Shown piece by piece: positions 1 to 6,194 of a stretch of DNA of 10,383 nt (its first letter is position 1; the number at the start of each line of letters is the position of its first letter). The position numbers were made by a program, and so were the translations under genes. Under the pieces are notes generated by a model, which saw only the letters and a program-made list of their open reading frames with translations, made no database searches and was not told the DNA's origin. This DNA is from a virus. Its lineage: Duplodnaviria; Heunggongvirae; Uroviricota; Caudoviricetes. The stretch covers positions 1 through 10,383 of the IMG/VR virus record IMGVR_UViG_2698536484_000002; one strand, written 5' to 3'.

Positions 1-26
1 GCCAGCGTTGCGAGTGCTGTACTCAT
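1..26 (-). CDS. bet: Red-beta (Bet) recombinase, 5' end only; gene continues beyond the left edge of the window
   Basis: Minus-strand ATG at 24-26 followed by codons for M-S-T-A-L-A-T-L-A, which matches the lambda Bet N-terminus as I remember it; it sits 5 nt downstream of the gam stop, as in the lambda red operon. Confidence 0.6.
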
Positions 27-31
27 CCGTT

Positions 32-448
32 TTATACCTCTGAATCAATATCAACCTGATGGTGAGCAATGGTTTCAACCATGTACCGGATGTGTTCTGC
101 CATGCGTTCCTGAAACTCAACATCGTCATCAAACGCACGGGTAATGGCTTTTTTGCTGGCCCCGTGGCGTTGCAAATGATCGATGCATAGCGATTCAAAC
201 AGGTGCTGGGGCAGGCCTTTTTCCATATCGTCTGCCAGTTCTGCCTCTTTCTCTTCACGGGCGATCTGCTGGTAGTGACGCGCCCAGCTCTGAGCCTCAA
301 GACGATCCTGAATGTAATAAGCGTTCATGGCTGAACTCCTGAAATAGCTGTGAAAATATCGCCCGCGAAATGCCGGGCTGATTAGGAAAACAGGAAAGGG
401 GGTTAGTGAATGCTTTTGCTTGATCTCAGTTTCAGCATTAATATCCAT
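32..448 (-). CDS. gam: Gam, host RecBCD nuclease inhibitor (138 aa long form; internal Met would give the short form)
   Basis: The 138-aa ORF translation ([20 protein letters not shown]...[10 protein letters not shown]) is near-identical to lambda Gam from memory; gene order bet-gam-kil-cIII matches lambda. Confidence 0.9.
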   Translation of the reverse strand: MDINAETEIKQKHSLTPFPVFLISPAFRGRYFHSYFRSSAMNAYYIQDRLEAQSWARHYQQIAREEKEAELADDMEKGLPQHLFESLCIDHLQRHGASKKAITRAFDDDVEFQERMAEHIRYMVETIAHHQVDIDSEV

Positions 449-546
449 TTTTTATAAGCGTCGACGGCTTCACGAAACATCTTTTCATCGCCAATAAAAG
501 TGGCGATAGTGAATTTAGTCTGGATAGCCATAAGTGTTTGATCCAT
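403..546 (-). CDS. kil: Kil, host cell-division inhibitor (47 aa)
   Basis: Internal Met of the 403..672 track ORF gives [47 protein letters not shown], matching lambda Kil from memory; an AGGAG Shine-Dalgarno lies upstream of the ATG at 544-546; overlaps gam 3' and cIII 5' as in lambda. Confidence 0.75.
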   Translation of the reverse strand: MDQTLMAIQTKFTIATFIGDEKMFREAVDAYKKWILMLKLRSSKSIH

Positions 547-679
547 TTTTTGGGACTCCTGGCTGATTAAGTATGTCGATAAGGCGTTTCCATCCGTCAC
601 GTAATTTACGGGTGATTCGTTCAAGTAAAGATTCGGAAGGGCAGCCAGCAACAGGCCACCCTGCAATGGCATATTGCAT
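515..679 (-). CDS. cIII: CIII, FtsH (HflB) protease inhibitor that stabilises CII (54 aa)
   Basis: Not in the ORF track (below its size cutoff). Hand translation from the minus-strand ATG at 677-679 gives [54 protein letters not shown], matching lambda CIII from memory; AAGGAG SD upstream; 32-bp overlap with kil as in lambda. Confidence 0.85.
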   Translation of the reverse strand: MQYAIAGWPVAGCPSESLLERITRKLRDGWKRLIDILNQPGVPKNGSNTYGYPD

Positions 680-751
680 GGTGTGCTCCTTATTTATACA
701 TAACGAAAAACGCCTCGAGTGAAGCGTTATTGGTATGCGGTAAAGCCGCGC

Positions 752-1063
752 TTAGGCGGCTGATGTTTCTTCTTTCAGGCTTTCGAGATATTTACGTGGG
801 TCGTCGTAACATTGGCATTCGCTGTACCAATCCACCCAGCGATCAGTAAGCCCCATCTCTGATAAATCTTCATCGGTAAGGCTCTCATCCCACATCTCAA
901 GGCCGTTAGCATTGCAGTAATCAGGCTTGATGTTGTTGTCATACTGAAAGGCGTCATAATCAGCCAGTGCGTCCATCAGACGAACACCCTCTTCAACACT
1001 TGCCACTTCTACAATGAACGGCTTCATAGGTACTTGCGGGATATGCCAGACACGTAATTTCAT
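752..1063 (-). CDS. Hypothetical acidic protein (103 aa) in the pL delayed-early operon
   Basis: Start chosen at the internal Met (MKLRVWHIPQ...) because a GGAGGA SD sits 5-10 nt upstream and an intrinsic terminator lies immediately upstream; about 23 Asp/Glu versus 9 Lys/Arg; no family recognised. Confidence 0.6.
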   Translation of the reverse strand: MKLRVWHIPQVPMKPFIVEVASVEEGVRLMDALADYDAFQYDNNIKPDYCNANGLEMWDESLTDEDLSEMGLTDRWVDWYSECQCYDDPRKYLESLKEETSAA

Positions 1064-1075
1064 ATATCCTCCGTC

Positions 1076-1104
1076 AAAAAAATTGCCCTCACACTGGAGG
1101 GCAA
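1076..1104 (-). terminator. Intrinsic terminator inside the pL operon, between the 156-aa and 103-aa genes (tL-like)
   Basis: Perfect 8-bp stem TTGCCCTC / GAGGGCAA (1083-1090 and 1097-1104) with a 6-nt loop, followed on the minus strand by a run of 7 U (plus-strand A-run 1076-1082). Confidence 0.55.
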
Positions 1105-1206
1105 AGAAGATTTCCAATAATCAGAACAAGTCGGCTCCTGTTTAGTTACGAGCGACATTGCTCCGTGTATTCACTCGTTGGAATGAATACACAGTGCTTA
1201 TTCGTA

Positions 1207-1677
1207 CTAATAAAATACCCAATTTTCTGTTTCTTGGTTGTGTCCAAAGTTATATTCAATATCTGGTGTTGATGTATCAATATTCTTCATACCATCAACA
1301 AGAGTTGATACAACAGCCAAATCTTGTTTGATTCTCATTAAATGGTATTTCTTCCGGCGCAATAAACTTTCAATGGCAAGTTTCTTCGTTGGGAATGCAA
1401 AAGATCTTTCTGCATTTTTTGCTACTTTCTTAATTGCATATCTATTTCTCCTTTGTTTCCATTCCTGTAACCACTGATTTGGTGCTGGTTTAAAATTAAC
1501 AATCCAATGCGCAGGAACCAACCATGCATAATGCTCTGTCTGATGAAAAGCTATATATTGAAGTGCGAATATTTTTATCCCATCTTCTTCAACTGTCGCC
1601 TGGAATCTCCAGAAAACAGGCATTCCATCATGTTCAGTTTCTGATTCAGGAAAAGGTACGCTCCATGATTTTGTCAT
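1207..1677 (-). CDS. Hypothetical protein (156 aa), first gene downstream of N; visibly AT-rich
   Basis: Intact ORF with a GAGGTGAG SD upstream of the ATG at 1675-1677; co-directional with N; AT-rich relative to neighbours; no family recognised. Confidence 0.6.
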   Translation of the reverse strand: MTKSWSVPFPESETEHDGMPVFWRFQATVEEDGIKIFALQYIAFHQTEHYAWLVPAHWIVNFKPAPNQWLQEWKQRRNRYAIKKVAKNAERSFAFPTKKLAIESLLRRKKYHLMRIKQDLAVVSTLVDGMKNIDTSTPDIEYNFGHNQETENWVFY

Positions 1678-1735
1678 ATCTCACCTCAAATAAGTGGTTT
1701 GCTGCCTAATTTCATTTTCTGGCGACCAACACAAG

Positions 1736-2119
1736 TCACCTCGCCGTCAGTTGTTTTGATTTCCGGTAGCCTGCCGCGTAAATGGCTACGTTTGGAAGAC
1801 ATACACCAGTTTCTGGTTGCTTATGTCCAAACTCATTCGCGTACACAATGGCCGCTCGCTCCAGATTGCGTCTGTATTCTTTCTGTTGCCAGATCACGTC
1901 CTGTGCCATGAACTTAATTGGCTTAGCGTCTTCTATGCGCTCAGGCGTTTCGTGAGTACCTTTAGCCTGAATCTGCGCTCTGCTTAGAGTAGGGCGGTGT
2001 AATACTTCTGAACTTATTGCTTCTTCGCGGGCCAGTACGCCGTTAGCTAATGCCTTTGCCTTTAAACGCTCACGACGACGAGAACGTGAATTGCCTTTGA
2101 ACTGAGTTCTGCGTGTCAT
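1736..2119 (-). CDS. N: N-type transcription antiterminator (127 aa), P22/H-19B-like rather than lambda-like
   Basis: N-terminal arginine-rich motif (TRRTQFKGNSRSRRRERLKAKA) and C-terminus ...YAAGYRKSKQLTAR resemble P22-type N from memory; perfect AGGAGG SD upstream; first gene of the leftward operon, downstream of a boxB hairpin. Confidence 0.8.
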   Translation of the reverse strand: MTRRTQFKGNSRSRRRERLKAKALANGVLAREEAISSEVLHRPTLSRAQIQAKGTHETPERIEDAKPIKFMAQDVIWQQKEYRRNLERAAIVYANEFGHKQPETGVCLPNVAIYAAGYRKSKQLTAR

Positions 2120-2133
2120 ATAGACCTCCTGAT

Positions 2134-2272
2134 GAACTTTGGTGGTGTGGTAGGTGGGAGACCCATTTCGACCTGTTTCGGCCTACTTCAATTCGGCAAT
2201 AGTCCCGCAGGCCTCGCCGCTTTACGTGCGACATATGCCCGTCCATGAACCCTTCACCACACCCCAAAGTTC
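2134..2272 (-). promoter_or_regulatory. Long-range inverted repeat in the N leader that could form a large stem ending 4 nt from the N Shine-Dalgarno
   Basis: 2134-2150 (GAACTTTGGTGGTGTGG) is the reverse complement of 2257-2272 (CCACACCCCAAAGTTC) apart from one bulged base; the arms are about 105 nt apart. Confidence 0.4.
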
Positions 2273-2284
2273 ACTTTGGTTATT

Positions 2285-2299
2285 GCGCTTTGTCAGCGC
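2285..2299 (-). promoter_or_regulatory. nutL boxB hairpin (P22-type, GACAA loop)
   Basis: Minus-strand sequence GCGCUGACAAAGCGC: 5-bp GC stem with GACAA pentaloop, the P22-type boxB as I recall it; lies in the leader upstream of N. No convincing boxA (CGCTCTTTA-like) is visible just upstream. Confidence 0.6.
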
Positions 2300-2375
2300 C
2301 GTAGATTCATATTCGAATCGTTGTATATTCACCGCCCTGGTGAGTAATGCGTCCTGCTGACGACGATAATAATGA

Positions 2376-2408
2376 ACCAATAGTTCGGCATTATCAAGAA
2401 CTATTGGT
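2376..2408. repeat. Perfect 11-bp inverted repeat with 11-bp spacer, in the presumed pL/oL region
   Basis: ACCAATAGTTC (2376-2386) and GAACTATTGGT (2398-2408) are exact reverse complements. Confidence 0.5.
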
Positions 2409-2580
2409 ACGAATTTTGGTGATTTATTAACTCTACGAAGTATGATTCTGATATATAAGGAAATTTATTTTTGAAAATGTGGCTGATGAAGGTTATGCGG
2501 CAGGGATCATAACTGCATGGTTTAGCGAGTTACATCAATAAATACAATTGGTTATGTTTTTTAGGTGGGCGAACGTGAGG

Positions 2581-2607
2581 CAAAGAAAACCCGGCGCTGA
2601 GGCCGGG
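2581..2607 (-). terminator. Intrinsic terminator ending the cI-kinase operon (position analogous to lambda tImm)
   Basis: GC hairpin CCCGGC / GCCGGG (2590-2595 and 2602-2607) with 6-nt loop; on the minus strand it is followed by UUUUCUUUG (2589-2581). Confidence 0.55.
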
Positions 2608-2774
2608 CTAGATTTTAAAGTATTTATCTTTTAGAGATGTAGATGTAAAACTTTTCGCCTTTGAAAATTTTTTGTCATCAGAAGGGCTTATGAACTCATC
2701 TTTTTTGTAGGGAACCGCTAATGCTGCATCACGTCTGCGAGGCAGCTTGCTTACTTCCTCGCGCTTTTTCATGA

Positions 2775-3821
2775 TCAGTTATCCTTTAATAACCTATACA
2801 GTTTTGTAGGGGTACATCCTGAGGATATTGTTAAGTTCGTAGCACGCCTTTTCCGCCCATCATCGTATAAACGAAAACCAGTAGTAGACGAATTTTCTGC
2901 GTCAAAAACTATAGACAGTATAGCGTCCCCAGACTTTTTTTGCCATTCGCATGTGCCGTTAGTTGGTTTCGTCATCTGTAGACGCCAGTCAAGAACGCCA
3001 TCACTTATAGCTGAGAGATCGTTTAGTACATCTAGTACGGATTGATATCTTTCATTTGGATCTACATGAATGCATTTGTTCACTATTGTTATTAATTTTT
3101 TATGTATATGGGGAGGATACTCTTTTAATGGATAGCAGCCATTAATTATCGACTCTCTGAGTTGTTCAATCGTGCTAAATGCAGATCTTTCTCTTTCAAA
3201 ATTATCATGTCCAACACACATTCTATATATGGTTAATCCTGCCTGATATATGTCATATGTGAAATTATAATCATTTGTTGATAAAGAAAAATATTCCGGT
3301 AGCACATGAAAATGATATCCAAACTCAGGCGCAGCTCTCGATTCCTCATTGACTAACTGAGATAATCCAAAGTCAGATAGCATGGCCTCATTTCTGTTTG
3401 ATATCATAATGTTATTAGGTTTTATATCAAAATGCATAAGACCTTTTGAGTGTATATGATAAAGTCCACTTAAAAATTGAATGGAATACCGTATTATCTC
3501 CCTGCTTGTAAGATTATTTTTTTTCATTAATTGGTTTAGCGAACCATTATGATAAAATGGCATGGCTATATAGATATTGCTCTCACATTGAGCAGCATAC
3601 TGAACTTGCACAATATTTGGATGTGCATGTTTATAGAGAAGCCTTGCTTCATTAAAGTAGTCGTCGTGGTTAGTGTTTTCTTTTTTTTCTATTTCTTTAA
3701 TCACCAAGTCATGAGCTAGGTGTCTGTCATGAGCCAGATATACTTTTGAAAAACAACCCTGTTCTTCTAGATCACTAATCCATTCGAATTCTACATCAGC
3801 TCTTTTGTATGGAGTTAGCAT
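2775..3821 (-). CDS. stk: Hanks-type (eukaryotic-like) protein kinase, 348 aa, with a C-terminal extension of about 90 aa
   Basis: Canonical kinase motifs are readable in the translation: degenerate Gly loop (QGCFSKV), VAIK-like LVIKEI, catalytic loop HFDIKPNN, DFG (SDFGLS), APE (AAPEF), and DIYQAG. Its start overlaps the stop of the upstream ORF. Symbol by analogy to the Stk kinase reported in Stx phage 933W; not verified. Confidence 0.85.
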   Translation of the reverse strand: MLTPYKRADVEFEWISDLEEQGCFSKVYLAHDRHLAHDLVIKEIEKKENTNHDDYFNEARLLYKHAHPNIVQVQYAAQCESNIYIAMPFYHNGSLNQLMKKNNLTSREIIRYSIQFLSGLYHIHSKGLMHFDIKPNNIMISNRNEAMLSDFGLSQLVNEESRAAPEFGYHFHVLPEYFSLSTNDYNFTYDIYQAGLTIYRMCVGHDNFERERSAFSTIEQLRESIINGCYPLKEYPPHIHKKLITIVNKCIHVDPNERYQSVLDVLNDLSAISDGVLDWRLQMTKPTNGTCEWQKKSGDAILSIVFDAENSSTTGFRLYDDGRKRRATNLTISSGCTPTKLYRLLKDN

Positions 3822-4276
3822 CCCCTTACCTCCGCAGATAGTGCAGCCAAAACAGCTTCATTTGTTTCAGTTGTAAAACCAGAATTATCGATTCCATTTA
3901 TATTGCGGTGTGACTTCAATATTTCTTTATACTCGATCTCTGTTAGGTTCAATGATGATTTCATGCCAGATTTTCTAATAGTGTAATATTTTCTTACATC
4001 ACTGCTTGAAAATGCTTCTTGAATAACAGCTTCTATATAAAGGCGGTCAATGCTAAGATTATCAGAGTTTGATTCAGTAACGCGTATGGCAGCTAATTCA
4101 ACATTATATAAATTAAGAATGTCGAGGATGTTATTTCTCACATACTTTAATTTTTCTGGTGTGTCTAAGGTCGAAGGTATTTTAATAACATCAACACATT
4201 TGAGTGCAGACTCATTAGTGCAATATACAACAAAAGATGTAACTTTGGGCGCCGCTCTAACACCTAGTATTCTCAT
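3815..4276 (-). CDS. Hypothetical protein (153 aa), translationally coupled to the kinase
   Basis: Intact ORF; its TAA stop (3815-3817) overlaps the kinase ATG (3819-3821) and a GAGGTAAGGGG stretch inside its 3' end serves as the kinase SD; AT-rich; no family recognised. Confidence 0.65.
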   Translation of the reverse strand: MRILGVRAAPKVTSFVVYCTNESALKCVDVIKIPSTLDTPEKLKYVRNNILDILNLYNVELAAIRVTESNSDNLSIDRLYIEAVIQEAFSSSDVRKYYTIRKSGMKSSLNLTEIEYKEILKSHRNINGIDNSGFTTETNEAVLAALSAEVRGC

Positions 4277-4327
4277 TTTTTATATCCTATTTTAGAATCA
4301 GGCCGCATCTCTGCGACCATCCATCAT

Positions 4328-4342
4328 CCAAACGTCTCTTCA
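4328..4342. repeat. 15-bp direct repeat, copy 1 (CCAAACGTCTCTTCA), immediately downstream of the 113-aa gene
   Basis: Exact 15/15 match to 4699-4713; the two copies bracket the 113-aa gene. Confidence 0.8.
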
Positions 4343-4343
4343 C

Positions 4344-4685
4344 TCATCCGAAGAAGCAGCAATCCGGGTCAGCACGCACAAGCTCAAGCGCATCAGTCAG
4401 CGAAAGTTCAGTACTGTACTGATGCCATTTCATATCCTTCCGCATCCAATAGATTTTCCATCTATCCAGAGAACGTATGTACTTGATTCTTGCTGATGGC
4501 AGGATGTTTGTTTCACCTGGATTGCCCTGCCACACGGGGCGCTGTTCGCCGATATCTATCGTTTGGTCATTGATGCTATAAACAATATCCAGTTCATTGC
4601 GGATATGTTCAGGCGGCCTTATGCTTTCAATGAATTGGTGAACTTCTTTTTTTACTGCTTGATATTCAAGGTCATTGAACGCCAT
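4344..4685 (-). CDS. Hypothetical protein (113 aa), first gene downstream of cI
   Basis: Intact ORF with AAGGAGG SD upstream of the ATG at 4683-4685; same strand as cI and the kinase; no family assigned with confidence. Confidence 0.65.
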   Translation of the reverse strand: MAFNDLEYQAVKKEVHQFIESIRPPEHIRNELDIVYSINDQTIDIGEQRPVWQGNPGETNILPSARIKYIRSLDRWKIYWMRKDMKWHQYSTELSLTDALELVRADPDCCFFG

Positions 4686-4698
4686 CTATCCTCCTTAC

Positions 4699-4713
4699 CC
4701 AAACGTCTCTTCA
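4699..4713. repeat. 15-bp direct repeat, copy 2 (CCAAACGTCTCTTCA), between cI stop and the 113-aa gene SD
   Basis: Exact 15/15 match to 4328-4342. Confidence 0.8.
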
Positions 4714-4745
4714 GGCCACTGGTTACCAGCTATGTGACGATGAAG

Positions 4746-5453
4746 TCACGAACTTTTCAGCCACTCCCTTGCCTCGATGTCATCCAGATGGCGAGATTGC
4801 TTCAGAATACCAGCTACATACTCCACCTTTGCTACTTGATGATAAGGCAACGTTATAGGCCTGTGATCCTGGTTAATGCTTGTAAATTGGTATTCTCCAT
4901 CTCTGTCATAGCCAAGAACCTTAATCATGTTGTGTCCTTCAACGGTTCTGACAAACACCTCATCACCCGGGAATACTTTGGTGTTAGGCTCAATGAGTAC
5001 ATATTCTCCTGATTTTATTCTGGGCCACATGCTGTCTCCTTTCACACGAAGACCAAAGGCATCTGGATCATCGCTATAAATTTTGAGCCACCCATCGCGC
5101 TCTTCGGTCATCTCGATGGCACCATCAACACCAAGAATTGCCTCACCAACCACGCGCACTAACCCTTTTTTTAATTTGCCAACAAATGAAAGAGTATCTT
5201 CATCATTCGCTCCATTTAACGAAGTGCCGTGCTGAAGCCAAACAACATCAACGTTTAGAAATTTCGCAAGCGCATTCATTTTTTCCTGACGCGGTAAAGA
5301 CTCAGCATTAAACCATTTGCTAACGCCTTTGGACGAAAGAGAAAGGGCACGGGCTATAGCCATTCCCCTACCATGTTCATCAAGACCAGCTTCTTTACAG
5401 GCTTGCGCTAGCCGCTGGGCGAATTCTTTGCGCACTTTTTCATTCTGAACCAT
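4746..5453 (-). CDS. cI: CI-type prophage repressor (235 aa): N-terminal HTH domain plus C-terminal LexA/S24-like self-cleaving domain
   Basis: N-terminal HTH-like region, C-terminal GDSM serine motif typical of S24 peptidase-fold repressors; divergent from cro across a 78-bp operator region. Confidence 0.85.
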   Translation of the reverse strand: MVQNEKVRKEFAQRLAQACKEAGLDEHGRGMAIARALSLSSKGVSKWFNAESLPRQEKMNALAKFLNVDVVWLQHGTSLNGANDEDTLSFVGKLKKGLVRVVGEAILGVDGAIEMTEERDGWLKIYSDDPDAFGLRVKGDSMWPRIKSGEYVLIEPNTKVFPGDEVFVRTVEGHNMIKVLGYDRDGEYQFTSINQDHRPITLPYHQVAKVEYVAGILKQSRHLDDIEAREWLKSS

Positions 5454-5531
5454 GAGTACGATACTAAAGCACTTGCAAAAACTTTCAGTTCAACCATAAT
5501 GCGTACTGAAAGTACGAAAAAGGATATTCCT
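5454..5531. promoter_or_regulatory. oR region with divergent pR (plus) and pRM (minus); pRM transcript appears leaderless
   Basis: pR candidate: -35 TTGCAA (5473-5478), 16-bp spacer, -10 CATAAT (5495-5500). pRM candidate: -10 TAGTAT on the minus strand (5466-5461) ending 7 nt before the cI ATG, with a weak -35. A 9-bp inverted repeat ACTTTCAGT (5481-5489) / ACTGAAAGT (5505-5513) brackets the pR -10. Operator boundaries are not resolved. Confidence 0.5.
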
Positions 5532-5759
5532 ATGCAAAATCTTGATGAGCCGATTAAAGGTGTCGGCATCCCTGAAGTTGCGAAGGCTTGTGGAGTTAGC
5601 GAAAGGGCTGTCTATAAGTGGCTCAAAAACGGCTTCCTCCCTAAGACTGAGTTTTTTGGGAAAACTAAATACGCATCAAAAATCGAAGAGATTTCTGGTG
5701 GCAAATATCAAGCAAGCGAAATGCTTGAAATAAGCAAAAAGAACCTTCTGGCTGCATAA
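5532..5759 (+). CDS. cro: Cro-like HTH repressor (75 aa from the ATG at 5532)
   Basis: Small HTH protein (IPEVAKACGVSERAVYKWLKNG) divergent from cI; start at 5532 preferred over the track's 5499 because 5499 lies upstream of the predicted pR start site and has no SD, whereas 5532 has AAGGA upstream. Confidence 0.7.
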   Translation: MQNLDEPIKGVGIPEVAKACGVSERAVYKWLKNGFLPKTEFFGKTKYASKIEEISGGKYQASEMLEISKKNLLAA

Positions 5760-5766
5760 GTAACAC

Positions 5767-5811
5767 CGCTATTTTCACAATGGACATTCGTCCTACGTCG
5801 CTGACAAAGCG
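5767..5811 (+). promoter_or_regulatory. nutR: boxA-like CGCTATTTT (5767-5775) and boxB hairpin UCGCUGACAAAGCGA (5797-5811)
   Basis: boxB has the same 5-bp stem and GACAA pentaloop as the nutL copy; boxA matches 7 of 9 positions of the CGCTCTTTA consensus; located just after the cro stop. Confidence 0.55.
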
Positions 5812-5883
5812 AGTCCCAATATATCTGACCAACTAAGGCCATATGCGTTTCCACGCATACCTTTCAACTAGCTATTCACTATT

Positions 5884-5920
5884 GGAAATCTTAAGAAATG
5901 GAACAAACAAGTTACAGCAA
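5884..5920 (-). promoter_or_regulatory. pRE-like CII-activated promoter, antisense across the cII start
   Basis: Minus strand reads TTGC-N6-TTGT (5920-5907), then 13 nt, then TAAGATTTCC, closely paralleling the lambda pRE architecture (TTGC-N6-TTGC ... TAAGTATTTCC) as I recall it. Confidence 0.45.
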
Positions 5921-6194
5921 ACTATCACAGCGAGAAATTGATCGCGCTGAAACTGATTTACTCATCAACCTGTCAACGCTTACCCAGCGCGGTCTGGCAA
6001 AGATGATTGGCTGTCATGAATCGAAGATAAGCAGAACAGACTGGAGGTTTATAGCTTCGGTCTTGTGTGCTTTTGGCATGGCATCAGACATCAGTCCGAT
6101 TAGCAGAGCTTTTAAGTATGCGCTTGATGAAATCACAAAGAAAAAATCCCCGGTGGCCGCCGGGGACTCTAAGCAAATTGATATGCAATTCTGA
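5898..6194 (+). CDS. cII: CII lysogeny-establishment activator (98 aa)
   Basis: C-terminus KKKSPVAAGDSKQIDMQF parallels lambda CII (KKRPAATERSEQIQMEF) from memory; position between cro and O. Confidence 0.85.
   Translation: MEQTSYSKLSQREIDRAETDLLINLSTLTQRGLAKMIGCHESKISRTDWRFIASVLCAFGMASDISPISRAFKYALDEITKKKSPVAAGDSKQIDMQF

Noticed and set aside
403..672. 89-aa track ORF spanning the kil and cIII loci in one frame
   Set aside because: Only the C-terminal 47 codons match Kil and have an SD; the upstream part is an out-of-frame read-through of the cIII region, and the real cIII is in another frame at 515-679.
2070..2360. Track ORFs 2070..2267 (-) and 2154..2360 (+) in the N leader
   Set aside because: They overlap the nutL boxB and the leader inverted repeat, lack SDs, and the region is better explained as structured untranslated leader.
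2410..2580. Specific pL -35/-10 and oL operator calls
   Set aside because: Several weak hexamer combinations are possible on the minus strand and none matches the oR dyad motif, so I could not support a specific call.
4721..4731. Near-palindrome CTGGTTACCAG between cI and the 113-aa gene as a possible regulatory site
   Set aside because: Short, with a single-base centre, and easily a chance occurrence; no second copy in the window.
5499..5759. Longer 86-aa Cro starting at ATG 5499
   Set aside because: That ATG lies inside the predicted pR -10/start-site region and has no SD; ATG 5532 has AAGGA upstream and gives a Cro of typical size.
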